Both the position numbers and the translations under genes were made by a program. Positions 61,645-64,000 of a stretch of DNA of 64,000 nt are shown here, one piece after another. The DNA is from Mizuhopecten yessoensis. Lineage: Eukaryota. The number at the start of each line of letters is the position of its first letter. Positions within the stretch are counted from its first letter, which is position 1. The notes under the pieces were generated by a model. It saw only the letters and a program-made list of their open reading frames with translations, made no database searches and was not told the origin of the DNA. The DNA lies in NCBI RefSeq assembly GCF_002113885.1, contig NW_018403519.1, forward strand, positions 364,242 through 428,241, read 5' to 3'.

Positions 61645-64000
61645 CTGTGTCAGTGTAACAGCTACACTGAGTATGATAGTGTGTATGCCAGTGTAACAGT
61701 TACATTGAGTATGATAGTATGCCAGTGTAACAGTTACATTGAGTATGATAGTATGTATGCCAGTGTAACAGTTACATTGTTACATTGAGTATGATAATAT
61801 GCCAGTGTAACAGTTACATTGAGTATGATAGTATGCCAGTGTAACAGTTACATTGAGTATGATAGTATGTATGCCAGTGTAACAGTTACATTGAGTATGA
61901 TAGTATGTATGCCAGTGTAACAGTTACATTGAGTATGATAGTATGTATGCCAGTGTAACAGTTACATTGAGTATGATAGTATGTATGCCAGTGTAACAGT
62001 TACATTGAGTATGATAGTATGTATGCCAGTGTAACAGTTACATTGAGTATGATAGTATGTATGCCAGTGTAACAGTTACATTGAGTATGATAGTATGTAT
62101 GCCAGTGTAACAGTTACATTGAGTATGATAGTATGTATGCCAGTGTAACAGTTACATTGAGTATGATAGTATGTATGCCAGTGTAACAGTTACATTGAGT
62201 ATGATAGTATGTATGCCAGTGTAACAGTTACATTGAGTATGATAGTATGTATGCCAGTGTAACAGTTACATTGAGTATGATAGTATGTATGCCAGTGTAA
62301 CAGTTACATTGAGTATGATAGTATGTATGCCAGTGTAACAGTTACATTGAGTATGATAGTATGTATGCCAGTGTAACAGTTACATTGAGTATGATAGTAT
62401 GTATGCCAGTGTAACAGTTACATTGAGTATGATAGTATGTATGCCAGTGTAACAGTTACATTGAGTATGATAGTATGTATGCCAGTGTAACAGTTACATT
62501 GAGTATGATAGTATGTATGCCAGTGTAACAGTTACATTGAGTATGATAGTATGTATGCCAGTGTAACAGTTACATTGAGTATGATAGTATGTATGCCAGT
62601 GTAACAGTTACATTGAGTATGATAGTATGTATGCCAGTGTAACAGTTACATTGAGTATGATAGTATGTATGCCAGTGTAACAGTTACATTGAGTATGATA
62701 GTATGTATGCCAGTGTAACAGTTACATTGAGTATGATAGTATGTATGCCAGTGTAACAGTTACATTGAGTATGATAGTATGTATGCCAGTGTAACAGTTA
62801 CATTGAGTATGATAGTATGTATGCCAGTGTAACAGTTACATTGAGTATGATAGTATGTATGCCAGTGTAACAGTTACATTGAGTATGATAGTATGTATGC
62901 CAGTGTAACAGTTACATTGAGTATGATAGTATGTATGCCAGTGTAACAGTTACATTGAGTATGATAGTATGTATGCCAGTGTAACAGTTACATTGAGTAT
63001 GATAGTATGTATGCCAGTGTAACAGTTACATTGAGTATGATAGTATGTATGCCAGTGTAACAGTTACATTGAGTATGATAGTATGTATGCCAGTGTAACA
63101 GTTACATTGAGTATGATAGTATGTATGCCAGTGTAACAGTTACATTGAGTATGATAGTATGTATGCCAGTGTAACAGTTACATTGAGTATGATAGTATGT
63201 ATGCCAGTGTAACAGTTACATTGAGTATGATAGTATGTATGCCAGTGTAACAGTTACATTGAGTATGATAGTATGTATGCCAGTGTAACAGTTACATTGA
63301 GTATGATAGTATGTATGCCAGTGTAACAGTTACATTGAGTATGATAGTATGTATGCCAGTGTAACAGTTACATTGAGTATGATAGTATGTATGCCAGTGT
63401 AACAGTTACATTGAGTATGATAGTATGTATGCCAGTGTAACAGTTACATTGAGTATGATAGTATGTATGCCAGTGTAACAGTTACATTGAGTATGATAGT
63501 ATGTATGCCAGTGTAACAGTTACATTGAGTATGATAGTATGTATGCCAGTGTAACAGTTACATTGAGTATGATAGTATGTATGCCAGTGTAACAGTTACA
63601 TTGAGTATGATAGTATGTATGCCAGTGTAACAGTTACATTGAGTATGATAGTATGTATGCCAGTGTAACAGTTACATTGAGTATGATAGTATGTATGCCA
63701 GTGTAACAGTTACATTGAGTATGATAGTATGTATGCCAGTGTAACAGTTACATTGAGTATGATAGTATGTATGCCAGTGTAACAGTTACATTGAGTATGA
63801 TAGTATGTATGCCAGTGTAACAGTTACATTGAGTATGATAGTATGTATGCCAGTGTAACAGTTACATTGAGTATGATAGTATGTATGCCAGTGTAACAGT
63901 TACATTGAGTATGATAGTATGTATGCCAGTGTAACAGTTACATTGAGTATGATAGTATGTATGCCAGTGTAACAGTTACATTGAGTATGATAGTATGTAT
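61645..64000. repeat. 38-bp satellite, about 62 copies, running off the window end
   Basis: GCCAGTGTAACAGTTACATTGAGTATGATAGTATGTAT, with the internal palindrome TGTAAC-A-GTTACA. Confidence 0.98.

Noticed and set aside
16495-64000. CRISPR-like appearance of the 36-50 bp arrays
   Set aside because: The units are head-to-tail with no unique spacers, there are no cas genes, and the context is an intron-containing eukaryotic genome.

Overview
AT-rich eukaryotic DNA with introns, probably from a bivalve or other mollusc (inferred from the IAP expansion and the repeat content). The window holds four tandem, co-oriented, apparently intact inhibitor-of-apoptosis genes on the minus strand. Each has five coding exons and a BIR-BIR-UBA-RING layout; I reconstructed the GT-AG junctions by hand and all four CDS close in frame. 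Between the genes lie decayed LINEs (a CR1/L2-like copy, a second APE-type copy of uncertain clade, and L1/Tx1-like copies), a Gypsy gag relic split by a LINE, a Crypton/DUF3504-like relic, tRNA-derived SINEs, an 84-bp MITE, several minisatellites and one N gap. The most unusual feature is that the 5' splice donor after the BIR2 exon has itself been tandemly amplified as a 36-bp (12-codon) unit, giving 1, 2, 40 and about 43 donor positions in the four paralogs. Each unit pairs an in-frame CAG|GTAAAT donor with a complementary anti-donor that resembles the 5' end of U1 snRNA. This could act as a ladder of alternative donors that tunes linker length or expression; that function is inferred, not shown.
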